Part shown: one piece after another, positions 31,956 through 40,250 of the stretch
Numbering within the stretch: the first letter of the stretch is position 1
How the letters are laid out: every line of letters starts with the position of its first letter
From: Sedimentisphaerales bacterium
GTDB lineage: Bacteria > Planctomycetota > Phycisphaerae > Sedimentisphaerales > SM23-30
Direction of reading: 5' to 3'
DNA: 64,000 nt
Assembly: GCA_016928435.1 (NCBI GenBank)
Contig: JAFGKT010000025.1
Location: 2,015-66,014 of the forward strand
Translations under genes and position numbers: made by a program
The notes under the pieces: model-generated
What the model was told of the DNA's origin: nothing
The model's database searches: none
What the model saw: only the letters and a program-made list of their open reading frames with translations

Positions 31956-33005
31956 TCAAACATTTACCGCTTTCCCGCTCTTGTCAGACTCAAAACAGCC
32001 ATCCATAATCTTTTGAATCTGCGCTCCGCGCGCAAAGTCCGGCTGATCGTTCTCGCCGGTCTTTATGCTCGTAACAAACCGCTGATAGATGCTCGGCGTC
32101 TTGCCGCATTTCACGGTCTTCCACCGCGTCTTGTGAATACCCGGCCCATTGCAAATATCCAAATCCGTAGATGACTTGTCTAAGTCAACGCGTATCGATC
32201 CTTCGTCACCAAAAATCCGCAACGCCAGCGTATTATTATACCCGGTCGCCCAACGCGTCGTATGAATCGTACCAATACCTCCGTCAACCAACTCCATATT
32301 GATTACCGCTGAGTCGTTGGTATCCAGAACGTATTCGCCGATACGATTATCTTTAGCTTTGTCGAATGTCTTGAGTCGGCAACTAATCCGCTTAGCGTCC
32401 CCTGCCGGGAAAGTCGCGAAATCCAGAATATGAACACCAACATCACCCAACACCCCTTTGCTGCCGTGCTTGGACGACAGTCGCCATAGCCACCCTTCTT
32501 CCGTACGCCAATTTCCCCAGCATCTACTGGACAACCAGCACTGTAAATAACTAGCCTCAAAATGCATCACCCGGCCGATCGCGCCTTCAGCCACCAACTT
32601 ATGCGCCTTCTGAATCGCTGACGAATTTCGGTAAGACAAATTCACCATATTGATCACGCCTTTGCGCTTCGCGGCCATTGCCATCTTACGCGCGTCAGCA
32701 TAATTCACCGCCAAAGGCTTTTCGCATAAAACATGCTTACCCGCCGCGATACACTGCAACGAGATCGGCGCGTGAAACGCATCGATCGTAACGTTTGTCA
32801 CCGCGTCACAATCAACCGTCGCCAACATCTCGCCCACATCCGTAAACACCGCTGAATCAGGAATGCCATACTTAGCCGCATAAGCCGCCGCTCGCTCCCT
32901 CACCACGTCACATGCCGCCACCAATTTACAGCCGCGAACCAACTTAAATTGATCCGCCTGCGCATGCGCCATCCCACCAGTACCTATTACCGCGATCTTT
33001 ATCAT
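31956..33005 (-). CDS. Gfo/Idh/MocA family oxidoreductase
   Basis: MIKIAVIGTGGMAHAQADQF Rossmann N-terminus, the EKPLA motif (LCEKPLAVN), and a C-terminal alpha/beta domain. Confidence 0.9.
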   Translation of the reverse strand: MIKIAVIGTGGMAHAQADQFKLVRGCKLVAACDVVRERAAAYAAKYGIPDSAVFTDVGEMLATVDCDAVTNVTIDAFHAPISLQCIAAGKHVLCEKPLAVNYADARKMAMAAKRKGVINMVNLSYRNSSAIQKAHKLVAEGAIGRVMHFEASYLQCWLSSRCWGNWRTEEGWLWRLSSKHGSKGVLGDVGVHILDFATFPAGDAKRISCRLKTFDKAKDNRIGEYVLDTNDSAVINMELVDGGIGTIHTTRWATGYNNTLALRIFGDEGSIRVDLDKSSTDLDICNGPGIHKTRWKTVKCGKTPSIYQRFVTSIKTGENDQPDFARGAQIQKIMDGCFESDKSGKAVNV

Positions 33006-33044
33006 AATATGTTTCCTATGTTTTGTTACTCAAACTGAGCCGAA

Positions 33045-33129
33045 CCGGGTACCCGACCTTTCGTGAAGCCGTAGGTGAGCAACTTGTTTATGCCCGGGTG
33101 GCGCCCTTTCGCGAAGCTAAAGGGTGCTC
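33045..33129 (+). repeat. R5 repeat, two tandem copies (the first is degenerate)
   Basis: ccgggtacccgacctttcgtgaagccgtaggtgagc, then ccgggtggcgccctttcgcgaagctaaagggtgctc. The second forms the hairpin GCGCCCTTT/TAAAGGGTGC. It matches 54314-54350. Confidence 0.55.
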
Positions 33130-33163
33130 GTCAACCAATTATCACCAGCCAATCTACCGCCGC

Positions 33164-33937
33164 CTAACTGCTCTGCAAAATCCCCGCCTTGCCGAAATCA
33201 ACATGCTTAGGCTCAATCTTCTCTAAAGGCTGCGTATTGGGACAAATGTCCTCTTTCATAATTCGAGGCTTCGCCCAACGTACCGCGTTCACTAAAACCT
33301 TCTGAACCTCTTTGTTGTGGAAAATGGGATACGTTTCATGGCCGGGCCGAAAATAGAATATCCGCCCATGCCCCCGCTCCCACACACATCCGCTTCGGAA
33401 AACCTCACCACCCTCGAACCATGAAACAAAAATCAATTTATCAGGCGTCGGAATGTCAAATCGCTCGCCGTACATCTCCGTATTGGGCAACTCAATGTAT
33501 TCGCCAATACCTTCGGTGATAGGGTGCCCAGGCTCCAAGTTCCAAAGCCGCTCCTTCTCCGCCATCTCACGCCATTTCAACGAACAGTTCGTGCCCAGCA
33601 TCGTACGGAATATCTTCGAAAAGTGTCCCGAGTGCAGCACAATCAAACCCATCCCTTCCAACACCTTCTTCTGCACCCGCTTGACAATTTCATCACTAAC
33701 TTCATGATGCGCCATGTGCCCCCACCAAAGCATAACATCCGTATCGTTGACAACCTTCTCCGTCAAACCGTGTTCCGGCTCATCCAACGTCGCGTACCTG
33801 ACATCCATATCCCCAGCGGCCTTCAAAGCCTTGCCAATAACCATATGCATACCGTCCGGATACAACTTCTTTACCGCATCGTTAGTCTTCTCATGCCGAA
33901 ACTCATTCCAAACCGTAACCTTAATCTTGTCTGCCAT
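33164..33937 (-). CDS. ThuA (trehalose-utilisation) domain protein, paralog 1
   Basis: [65 protein letters not shown]. The start is at MADKIK (ATG 33937) after AGGAG. Confidence 0.85.
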   Translation of the reverse strand: MADKIKVTVWNEFRHEKTNDAVKKLYPDGMHMVIGKALKAAGDMDVRYATLDEPEHGLTEKVVNDTDVMLWWGHMAHHEVSDEIVKRVQKKVLEGMGLIVLHSGHFSKIFRTMLGTNCSLKWREMAEKERLWNLEPGHPITEGIGEYIELPNTEMYGERFDIPTPDKLIFVSWFEGGEVFRSGCVWERGHGRIFYFRPGHETYPIFHNKEVQKVLVNAVRWAKPRIMKEDICPNTQPLEKIEPKHVDFGKAGILQSS

Positions 33938-34018
33938 TATGGAAACTCCTAGATTCACAAACAAACTTATTATACTCAGAAGCACCTTTATATTACCAAA
34001 GCGCAACCACAAACCACA

Positions 34019-34771
34019 CTAAAATCCACAGCCTACTTTCTTAGACTCCAACTTTTTCAAAACCTGCGTATTAGAACAAGTACCATCTTTTACAATCCGA
34101 GGCTTAGCCCAACGCACCGCGTTAACCAATACCTTCTGAACATCTTCATTGTAGAAAACCGGACACGTTTCATGGCCGGGCCGAAAATAGAATATCCGAC
34201 CATGTCCACGCTCCCAAACGCAACCACTGCGAAAAACGTCCCCGCCTTTGAACCTCGAAACAAAAATCAACTTCTCAGGCGCCGGAATATCAAAACGCTC
34301 ACTGTACATCTCTGTATCAGGCAAATCAATATATTCACCAATCCCCTCTGTAATCGGATGCCCTGGCTCTAAGTTCCAAAGCCGCTCCTTGTCTGGAACC
34401 CCGCACCACCTCAGCAAGCAACTCGTCCCCATCAGCTTACGGAAAATTCTCGACAAACGGCCCGAATGCAGCACAATCAAACCCATCCCTGCCAACACCA
34501 TTTTCTCCAACCGCTTCACAATCGCTGCACTAACTTCATGACAAGCCATATCACCCCACCAAATCAGCACGTCAGTATCATTAACTACCTGCTTGGTTAA
34601 TCCATGCTCCGGTTCATCAAGCGTAGCGGTACGCACTTCAATATCACCAGCCGCCCTCAAAGACTCCGCAATAACCGCGTGCATGCCGTCAGGATACAAC
34701 TTCTTGGCTGCTGCGTTGGTCCTCTCGTGCAAAAATTCGTTCCAAACTGTAACTTTAACCTTATCAGCCAT
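34019..34771 (-). CDS. ThuA domain protein, paralog 2 (tandem duplicate)
   Basis: Collinear with paralog 1 at roughly 75-80 percent aa identity by eye. It differs at WWGDMACHEV and LRWCGVPDKE. Confidence 0.85.
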   Translation of the reverse strand: MADKVKVTVWNEFLHERTNAAAKKLYPDGMHAVIAESLRAAGDIEVRTATLDEPEHGLTKQVVNDTDVLIWWGDMACHEVSAAIVKRLEKMVLAGMGLIVLHSGRLSRIFRKLMGTSCLLRWCGVPDKERLWNLEPGHPITEGIGEYIDLPDTEMYSERFDIPAPEKLIFVSRFKGGDVFRSGCVWERGHGRIFYFRPGHETCPVFYNEDVQKVLVNAVRWAKPRIVKDGTCSNTQVLKKLESKKVGCGF

Positions 34772-34912
34772 CGCAAACTACCCAGCGTTTAGGACAAAAC
34801 CTCTTACAAAATTATTGCACCAATATAAACCATTATGTTATATTATAAACTTATAAAGCTCGTTTCCCAAGACGATTAACCAGTACAAAACCTGAACCAT
34901 TAGGACAAAACC

Positions 34913-35809
34913 GTGTTTTCTAGTAAACCCCTCCAACAATACCTCGCCGGCCAATTAGAACTCGCCCAATTATTCCAATCCACGCTGCGTCAACAGATCA
35001 AAATGATCCAATCCGATCACTACACTCTCAAAGTTCCGCAGGTCCACGATCAAATAAAATTCGTCCCTAATGCGCACTTCCATGTCTACCCCGAAGTATT
35101 CATCCAACTGTCAGGCTTAACTAAGTTCCAGTTCCACCAAGAAAAGTTCACACTTTACCCAGGCCAAATATGCCTCATGCCCAGAACCGTAAACCACGCC
35201 GAAAAAGCCGCCGATTGGCGCGGGCCTTTCAACGCCCTCGTAATCTGCCCCGTCAGTAAATACACCACCTGCCATATCGGCCAAGCCCAGCCAAACCACA
35301 TACCCGAAGTAACAAAATCAGTAATGTGCCAAATCAAAAACATTAACACCCTCCTCAGCGCCCTCGATGACATCACCACAACCTTTCACACCAATCCACC
35401 CGCCCAGCAAGCCCGAATCAAAGGAACACTGCTCACCGCATTCGCCATCGTACTCGAAGCCCTGCAAGGAACCCAAGTCACCCCCGAAAAACTTCATTTC
35501 ACTACCGTCAAGTGCAAACAAATGATTGCTAATGATTCCGCCAACCCCGACTTGTCCGTTGAATACCTAGCACAACAGCTTCACTGCTCCGCTGATTACC
35601 TCTCCCACCTTTTCCATCGTGAGGCCGGCATCAAACTAACCCAATACATCAACGAGGAACGAATCACAAAAGCCAAATACCTCCTCGAAACCTCATCCCT
35701 AAATATCGCCGAAACCGCCAGAGCATGCGGCTACCGAGACCAAAGCTATTTCGCCAGAGTATTCCGAAAAAACACCGGCCAAAGCCCAAGAGACTTCCGC
35801 AAACTGTAA
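34913..35809 (+). CDS. AraC-family transcriptional regulator (cupin-like N-terminal domain plus HTH)
   Basis: The C-terminus YLAQQLHCSADYLSHLFHREAGIKLTQYINEERITKAKYLLETSSLNIAETARACGYRDQSYFARVFRKNTGQSPRDFR is a classic AraC double HTH. Confidence 0.85.
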   Translation: MFSSKPLQQYLAGQLELAQLFQSTLRQQIKMIQSDHYTLKVPQVHDQIKFVPNAHFHVYPEVFIQLSGLTKFQFHQEKFTLYPGQICLMPRTVNHAEKAADWRGPFNALVICPVSKYTTCHIGQAQPNHIPEVTKSVMCQIKNINTLLSALDDITTTFHTNPPAQQARIKGTLLTAFAIVLEALQGTQVTPEKLHFTTVKCKQMIANDSANPDLSVEYLAQQLHCSADYLSHLFHREAGIKLTQYINEERITKAKYLLETSSLNIAETARACGYRDQSYFARVFRKNTGQSPRDFRKL

Positions 35810-35844
35810 ACCAACCCCACGCTTTCCATCAACCAATCATAACT

Positions 35845-35862
35845 GTTAGCCCCCGAACCCCC
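35845..35862. repeat. R1 repeat, truncated copy
   Basis: gttagcccccgaaccccc. It has only the 5' flank and half of the stem. Confidence 0.4.
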
Positions 35863-36186
35863 ATTCGCCATAATAACCTGGACTAATCCACCCAAATTAC
35901 ATATAATATATATTGAGTGGCTTGGTCCCGCTGTGTCGGGATAGTCAAGCACGGTTAATTGGGGTATATCGCCTTCCTATCCTCTCATGCCACTATAGCT
36001 TGCTCAGATGCGGTGCGCGCACTGCGAATAATGGTTAATATCACGACCCTAAAAGCGGTTAAGTCCGCTTTGTCCCACTGAGACGCTAACGTCAAAAAGT
36101 CCTTTCCAATCCTGATAACGCACTTCCAAGTTCATATCGCGATCGGTCCGGCCTCGTGACGCCCTCGTCAATAAAGGCTTAGAAAA

Positions 36187-37665
36187 ATGAATGTATTGTT
36201 AGTTTACCCGGAATATCCTGCCACCTTCTGGAGCTTCAAACACGCCCTAAAATTCATCTCCAAAAAAGCTGTCTTCCCCCCTCTAGGACTGCTCACCATA
36301 GCACCCCTATTGCCAAAACAATGGAACAAAAAACTCATTGACCTCAATATCACCGAGCTAACCGATGAACATATCGCATGGGCCGACCTCGTCTTCATCA
36401 GCGCTATGATTATCCAAATGGACAGCGCCCAAGAAGTCATCCAACGTTGTCGCGCCCAAGGCAAAACCATTGTCGCCGGCGGACCCGCCGCCTCCAGCTT
36501 CCCCGAAAAACTGTCCGGTGTCGACCACTTCGTCTTCAACGAAGCCGAAGAAACCCTACCACAACTCGTCGCCGACCTCCAAGCAGGCACCGCCCAACCT
36601 TCCTATACCTCCGACCACAAGCCCGACATCACCAAAACCCCTATTCCCCAATGGTCCCTCATCAATCTCAAAGACTACGCCACCATGGCTATCCAATATT
36701 CCCGCGGTTGCCCCTTCAATTGTGAATTCTGCGACATCGTATCAATGTACGGCCGAGTGCCCCGCACCAAAACCCCGCAACAGCTAATCAACGAAATCCA
36801 ATCCCTCCACGACGCCGGCTACAAAGGTGAAATCTTCATCGTTGATGATAACTTCATCGGCAGCAAATCCAAAGTCAAGCAGATGCTTCCCGAGCTCATC
36901 GCTTGGCAGAAGAAAAACAAATACCCATTCAAGTTCTATACCGAAGCCAGCCTCAATCTCGCCCAGGATCAGGAACTCATGCGCCTCATGAGCGCCGCCA
37001 ATTTCCACAAAGTCTTCTTAGGCATTGAAACCCCCAATCTCGACAGCCTCAAAGAATGCGAAAAATTCCAAAACACCAACCAATCACTCGAAGAATCCGT
37101 ACGAATAATCCACAAAAACGGCTTGCAGGTAATGGGCGGATTCATCGTCGGCTTCGATAACGACACCGAATCCATCTTCGAAGCACAAATCAAATTCATC
37201 CAAAAAGTAGGAATCGTTACCGCTATGGTCGGCATCCTCAACGCCATACCTAAAACCCGACTCTGGCACCGGCTCAAAGCCGAAGGCCGACTCCTCAAAG
37301 ACACATCCGGCGAAAACACCGACGCAACCCTAAACTTCATCCCAAAAATGGGCCAAAGCCAACTCGTACAAGGCTATCGCCAAATCCTCAACCACATCTA
37401 TTCCCCCAAACACTACTACGCCCGAATAAACACCTTCATCAAACACTACCAACCAAGTGCCAAAAGCCGATTCAATTTCAAAGACATTATACCTGGAATC
37501 CGCAGCATGTGGAGCATCGGCATACTATCCCGCTCCCGATTCCTCTATTGGAAACTACTGCTCAAAACCTCACTAAGAAGAATCAAAACCCTGCCACTAG
37601 CCATCGAACTAGCAATCTACGGCCTGCACTTCGAAAAAATAACCAACAAAATCAATACAAAATAA
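36187..37665 (+). CDS. B12-binding-domain radical SAM protein (class B, DUF4070-type C-terminus)
   Basis: N-terminal MNVLLVYPEYPATFWSF..PPLGLLTIAPLL (B12-binding domain layout), and radical SAM YSRGCPFNCEFCDI. Confidence 0.85.
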   Translation: MNVLLVYPEYPATFWSFKHALKFISKKAVFPPLGLLTIAPLLPKQWNKKLIDLNITELTDEHIAWADLVFISAMIIQMDSAQEVIQRCRAQGKTIVAGGPAASSFPEKLSGVDHFVFNEAEETLPQLVADLQAGTAQPSYTSDHKPDITKTPIPQWSLINLKDYATMAIQYSRGCPFNCEFCDIVSMYGRVPRTKTPQQLINEIQSLHDAGYKGEIFIVDDNFIGSKSKVKQMLPELIAWQKKNKYPFKFYTEASLNLAQDQELMRLMSAANFHKVFLGIETPNLDSLKECEKFQNTNQSLEESVRIIHKNGLQVMGGFIVGFDNDTESIFEAQIKFIQKVGIVTAMVGILNAIPKTRLWHRLKAEGRLLKDTSGENTDATLNFIPKMGQSQLVQGYRQILNHIYSPKHYYARINTFIKHYQPSAKSRFNFKDIIPGIRSMWSIGILSRSRFLYWKLLLKTSLRRIKTLPLAIELAIYGLHFEKITNKINTK

Positions 37666-37672
37666 AACCAAC

Positions 37673-37710
37673 GTTAGCCCCCGAATTTTACGTTCGGGGG
37701 TTCGAATTCC
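37673..37710. repeat. R1 hairpin repeat (short form)
   Basis: gttagCCCCCGAAttttacgTTCGGGGGttcgaattcc. The 8-bp stem is perfect. Confidence 0.75.
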
Positions 37711-37747
37711 AACCATACCACCGCCAATCAACCAACAACCGAAAACT

Positions 37748-37784
37748 GTTAGCCCCCGGGTCACATCCCGGGGGTTCAAACTCC
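37748..37784. repeat. R1 hairpin repeat (short form, compensated stem)
   Basis: gttagCCCCCGGGtcacatCCCGGGGGttcaaactcc. It has the same flanks, and the inner stem bases change from GAA/TTC to GGG/CCC. Confidence 0.75.
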
Positions 37785-37796
37785 AACAACCCCCCG

Positions 37797-39737
37797 CTAC
37801 CCCATCGCCTCCACCAACCCAGCAACATGCTCCGCCCCCGCCCGCACTTCAATACTCGACCCCTCAAAATCATTACCAATCGCTTCCACCCGTCCCCCCA
37901 AACACTCCGCCAAAAACGCCTCCACCACCGCGTAAAACGACAAATTGTTTTCCGGCCGCGCAAAACCATGCCCCTCATCACCGTACAGCAAATACGTCAC
38001 CGCAATCCCCTTCGCCTGCATCGCTTCCACAATCTGATCGCTCTCGGCCTGCTTCACTCGTGGATCATTCGCACCCTGCGCAATCAGCAAAGGCTTACAA
38101 ATCCTGTCAACATAAGTCAAAGGCGAACGCTCCTTCAGCAACTTCCGCCCTTCCGCCGTCGCCGGATCACCCACCCGGTTCACCAAAACACTCATGAACG
38201 GCTTCCAATAATCCGGCACCGAATCAATAAACGTCTCCAAATTCGAAATCCCCACCAAATCCACCCCACAAGCAAAAACCTCCGGCGTAAACGTCAAACC
38301 CGCCAACGTCGAATACCCCCCAAAACTACCACCAAACACCGCCACGCGCTTCTCATCCGCAATCCCCTCCTCAATCGCCCAACGCACCGCGTCAATCTGA
38401 TCATCGTGTATCTTACCGCCCCATTCCAAATCACCCGCGTTCACAAATGCCTTCCCAAATCCCGTCGACGACCTAAAGTTCACGCACAACACCGCATACC
38501 CCCTATTCGCCAACCACTGATGCCACGGATGACACGTCCAATAGTCCCTATGCCAAGGCCCGCCGTGCGGACAAAAAACCGTCGGTAACGGCTCATCAGG
38601 CACTCCATCCCCATCACTATCACTACCCACCGGCAATGTATAATACGCCAACAACTCCAACCCGTCCCGCGCCTTTATCACCACCGGTCGCATCTTCGCC
38701 AACTCTTTCCCCTCTAGCACCGACCGGTTCGAAAACAAAAACTCCGCCTCCCCCCTCTCCCGGTCGTACAAATAATACCGGCTAGGCCCATCGTCCACCA
38801 CCAGCATCGCCACCCAATACCTATCCGCCCAGTCCCGGCTCACAACCTCCAACTCACCATCACCCAACTCCTGCAAATACGCCAAATCCCCCGCAATCGC
38901 CTCATCCAAAACCTCCCAACGCTTCCGATCATACACAAACGAAACCGCCTGAACCGTCCTTTCCTGTGGATGCACCATAATACCCTCCGCATCCACCTTC
39001 GCATCCTCCGCCAACAACTTCTGTTCACCCGTCGCCAAATTCCACGCTACCAACCCCGCCGTATTCCGCCCCCGGCTATCGCGCAGATAAGCAACCTCAC
39101 CTTTCTTGTCCAAATCCAATACCCCCGTCACCATCCCATCCTCGGCCGGAACATCACTATCAAACCGCCATTGCCCTTCCTCATAGCGATAAAACTCCTG
39201 ACCACTATCTTCTTTGAATGTCATCCCCAAACGCACCCGATACTTATCATCAACCACCACATCAGCGAACTCATTGTTCTCCAACAGCAATTCCCGCTCC
39301 CCCGTCACAATATTCACCTTATACAAATCATGCCATTGCCCCACCCGGTTATTCACCGCAACTACAATCTCTTCCGGATATTCCGCGCTCACCCCATAAA
39401 TCCGCCCCTGCACCCCTTCAAAAGGCGTCAAATCCGTCACCGCATTCGTCTCCAAATCCACCGCGTAAACATGATCATTCTCATCTCCCCCCTCATCCTG
39501 CAAATATAAAATATGCCTGCTCGTATGCGCCCAACTGTAATCCCTTATCCCTCGCCCCTTATCGTGCGTCACCGCCTCCGCTCCGCCAATATCATCACGC
39601 CCCCCAACCCAAATGTTCAACACACCATCAACATCCGCAAGATAACTAATAAAAGCACCATCCGGACTAACTTGAACATTCATCCGATCCGGATTCCCAA
39701 ACAAATCCTTACGCCCAATCAATTCCACTTCCGCCAT
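37797..39737 (-). CDS. S9-family serine peptidase (prolyl oligopeptidase / acylaminoacyl-peptidase type) with an N-terminal beta-propeller
   Basis: Nucleophile elbow GGSFGGYS, later QGANDPRV and GDEGHGF (catalytic D and H regions). The ORF track starts at TTG 39743. I prefer ATG 39737. Confidence 0.9.
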   Translation of the reverse strand: MAEVELIGRKDLFGNPDRMNVQVSPDGAFISYLADVDGVLNIWVGGRDDIGGAEAVTHDKGRGIRDYSWAHTSRHILYLQDEGGDENDHVYAVDLETNAVTDLTPFEGVQGRIYGVSAEYPEEIVVAVNNRVGQWHDLYKVNIVTGERELLLENNEFADVVVDDKYRVRLGMTFKEDSGQEFYRYEEGQWRFDSDVPAEDGMVTGVLDLDKKGEVAYLRDSRGRNTAGLVAWNLATGEQKLLAEDAKVDAEGIMVHPQERTVQAVSFVYDRKRWEVLDEAIAGDLAYLQELGDGELEVVSRDWADRYWVAMLVVDDGPSRYYLYDRERGEAEFLFSNRSVLEGKELAKMRPVVIKARDGLELLAYYTLPVGSDSDGDGVPDEPLPTVFCPHGGPWHRDYWTCHPWHQWLANRGYAVLCVNFRSSTGFGKAFVNAGDLEWGGKIHDDQIDAVRWAIEEGIADEKRVAVFGGSFGGYSTLAGLTFTPEVFACGVDLVGISNLETFIDSVPDYWKPFMSVLVNRVGDPATAEGRKLLKERSPLTYVDRICKPLLIAQGANDPRVKQAESDQIVEAMQAKGIAVTYLLYGDEGHGFARPENNLSFYAVVEAFLAECLGGRVEAIGNDFEGSSIEVRAGAEHVAGLVEAMG

Positions 39738-39952
39738 AATCAATTCCTATCCCCCGCCAACCAAATAGGCGAACCATCCCGCCATCACGTAATTAATCAA
39801 CCATCGCCAACAACTATACCAGCAGTACCCCACCCCAGCAACTAATATCCTCTTCCATCTGCGCCTTAGCGGGAAAAAACCTGTCTTAACCCCTGTATTT
39901 TTTTTGCGTTCTTTGCGCTATTTTGTGGTAGAAATGCCCGAATTTCACCGCA

Positions 39953-40009
39953 CTACCAAACCCGTCCAGCAAAACTGCTTCCTTGCAACTGATCAAAAAG
40001 CTCATCCAT
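39953..40009 (-). pseudogene. Truncated duplicate of the 5' end of the MscS-family gene (18 codons, then stop)
   Basis: ATG GAT GAG CTT TTT GAT CAG TTG CAA.. (MDELFDQLQGSSFAGRVW*) versus MEELFNKLQAW.. of 46841-47650. The homology ends after about 9 codons. Confidence 0.6.
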
Positions 40010-40117
40010 CTTAGATCTCCTGTTCTAAACCAAAACTGAATTATTAGAGGTGCCCTAAATCAACATCCATTCATTGTCACTGCGAAGTGATTGTTGTCCC
40101 AACTCCTCAGATTTTAG
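39984..40117 (-). repeat. R6 copy A: duplicated promoter/leader block of the MscS-family gene
   Basis: 134 bp aligned without gaps to 47625-47758, with 11 mismatches by hand count (about 92 percent identity). Confidence 0.8.
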
Positions 40118-40178
40118 TAAAGTAGAATGACCTCATCAGCCCATGCTGAACACTAATCTTTCCTGTCGGATTCCATCT

Positions 40179-40250
40179 AGCAGCGACCACCGGGAGCGTC
40201 ATTTCTCAACCACCTGTCGTCGGTCAATCTATCCGTGGCGATTCGCCGCC
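40179..40250 (-). repeat. R7 repeat copy 1, overlapping the last 27 nt of the CHAD gene plus its 3' flank
   Basis: agcagcgaccaccgggagcgtcatttctcaaccacctgtcgtcggtcaatctatccgtggcgattcgccgcc versus 62561-62631 ggcagcgccaacggaagcgtcattttccaaccgcgtgccgctggtcaatctatccgctcacgattcgccgc. Confidence 0.65.

Noticed and set aside
35863-36186. Possible cobalamin or SAM riboswitch ahead of the B12-binding radical SAM gene (GCCACTA and GGAAGGCG-like words).
   Set aside because: The B12-box-like words are on different strands and in the wrong order. There is no GGTGAAAATCC-type core and no SAM-I features. I kept it only as an unexplained structured leader.
37509-38588. Very long ORFs antisense to well-supported genes. 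Examples: 6990-7970, 12824-13771, 37509-38588, 45548-46528, 54979-55743, 56133-56825, 58823-59440, 59486-60229, 60444-61295, 61323-62177.
   Set aside because: Their products are low-complexity R/P/H/Q/T/N strings with no motifs. Each overlaps a gene with clear family signatures on the other strand. The extreme strand bias depletes stop codons in the antisense frame, so these are shadow ORFs.
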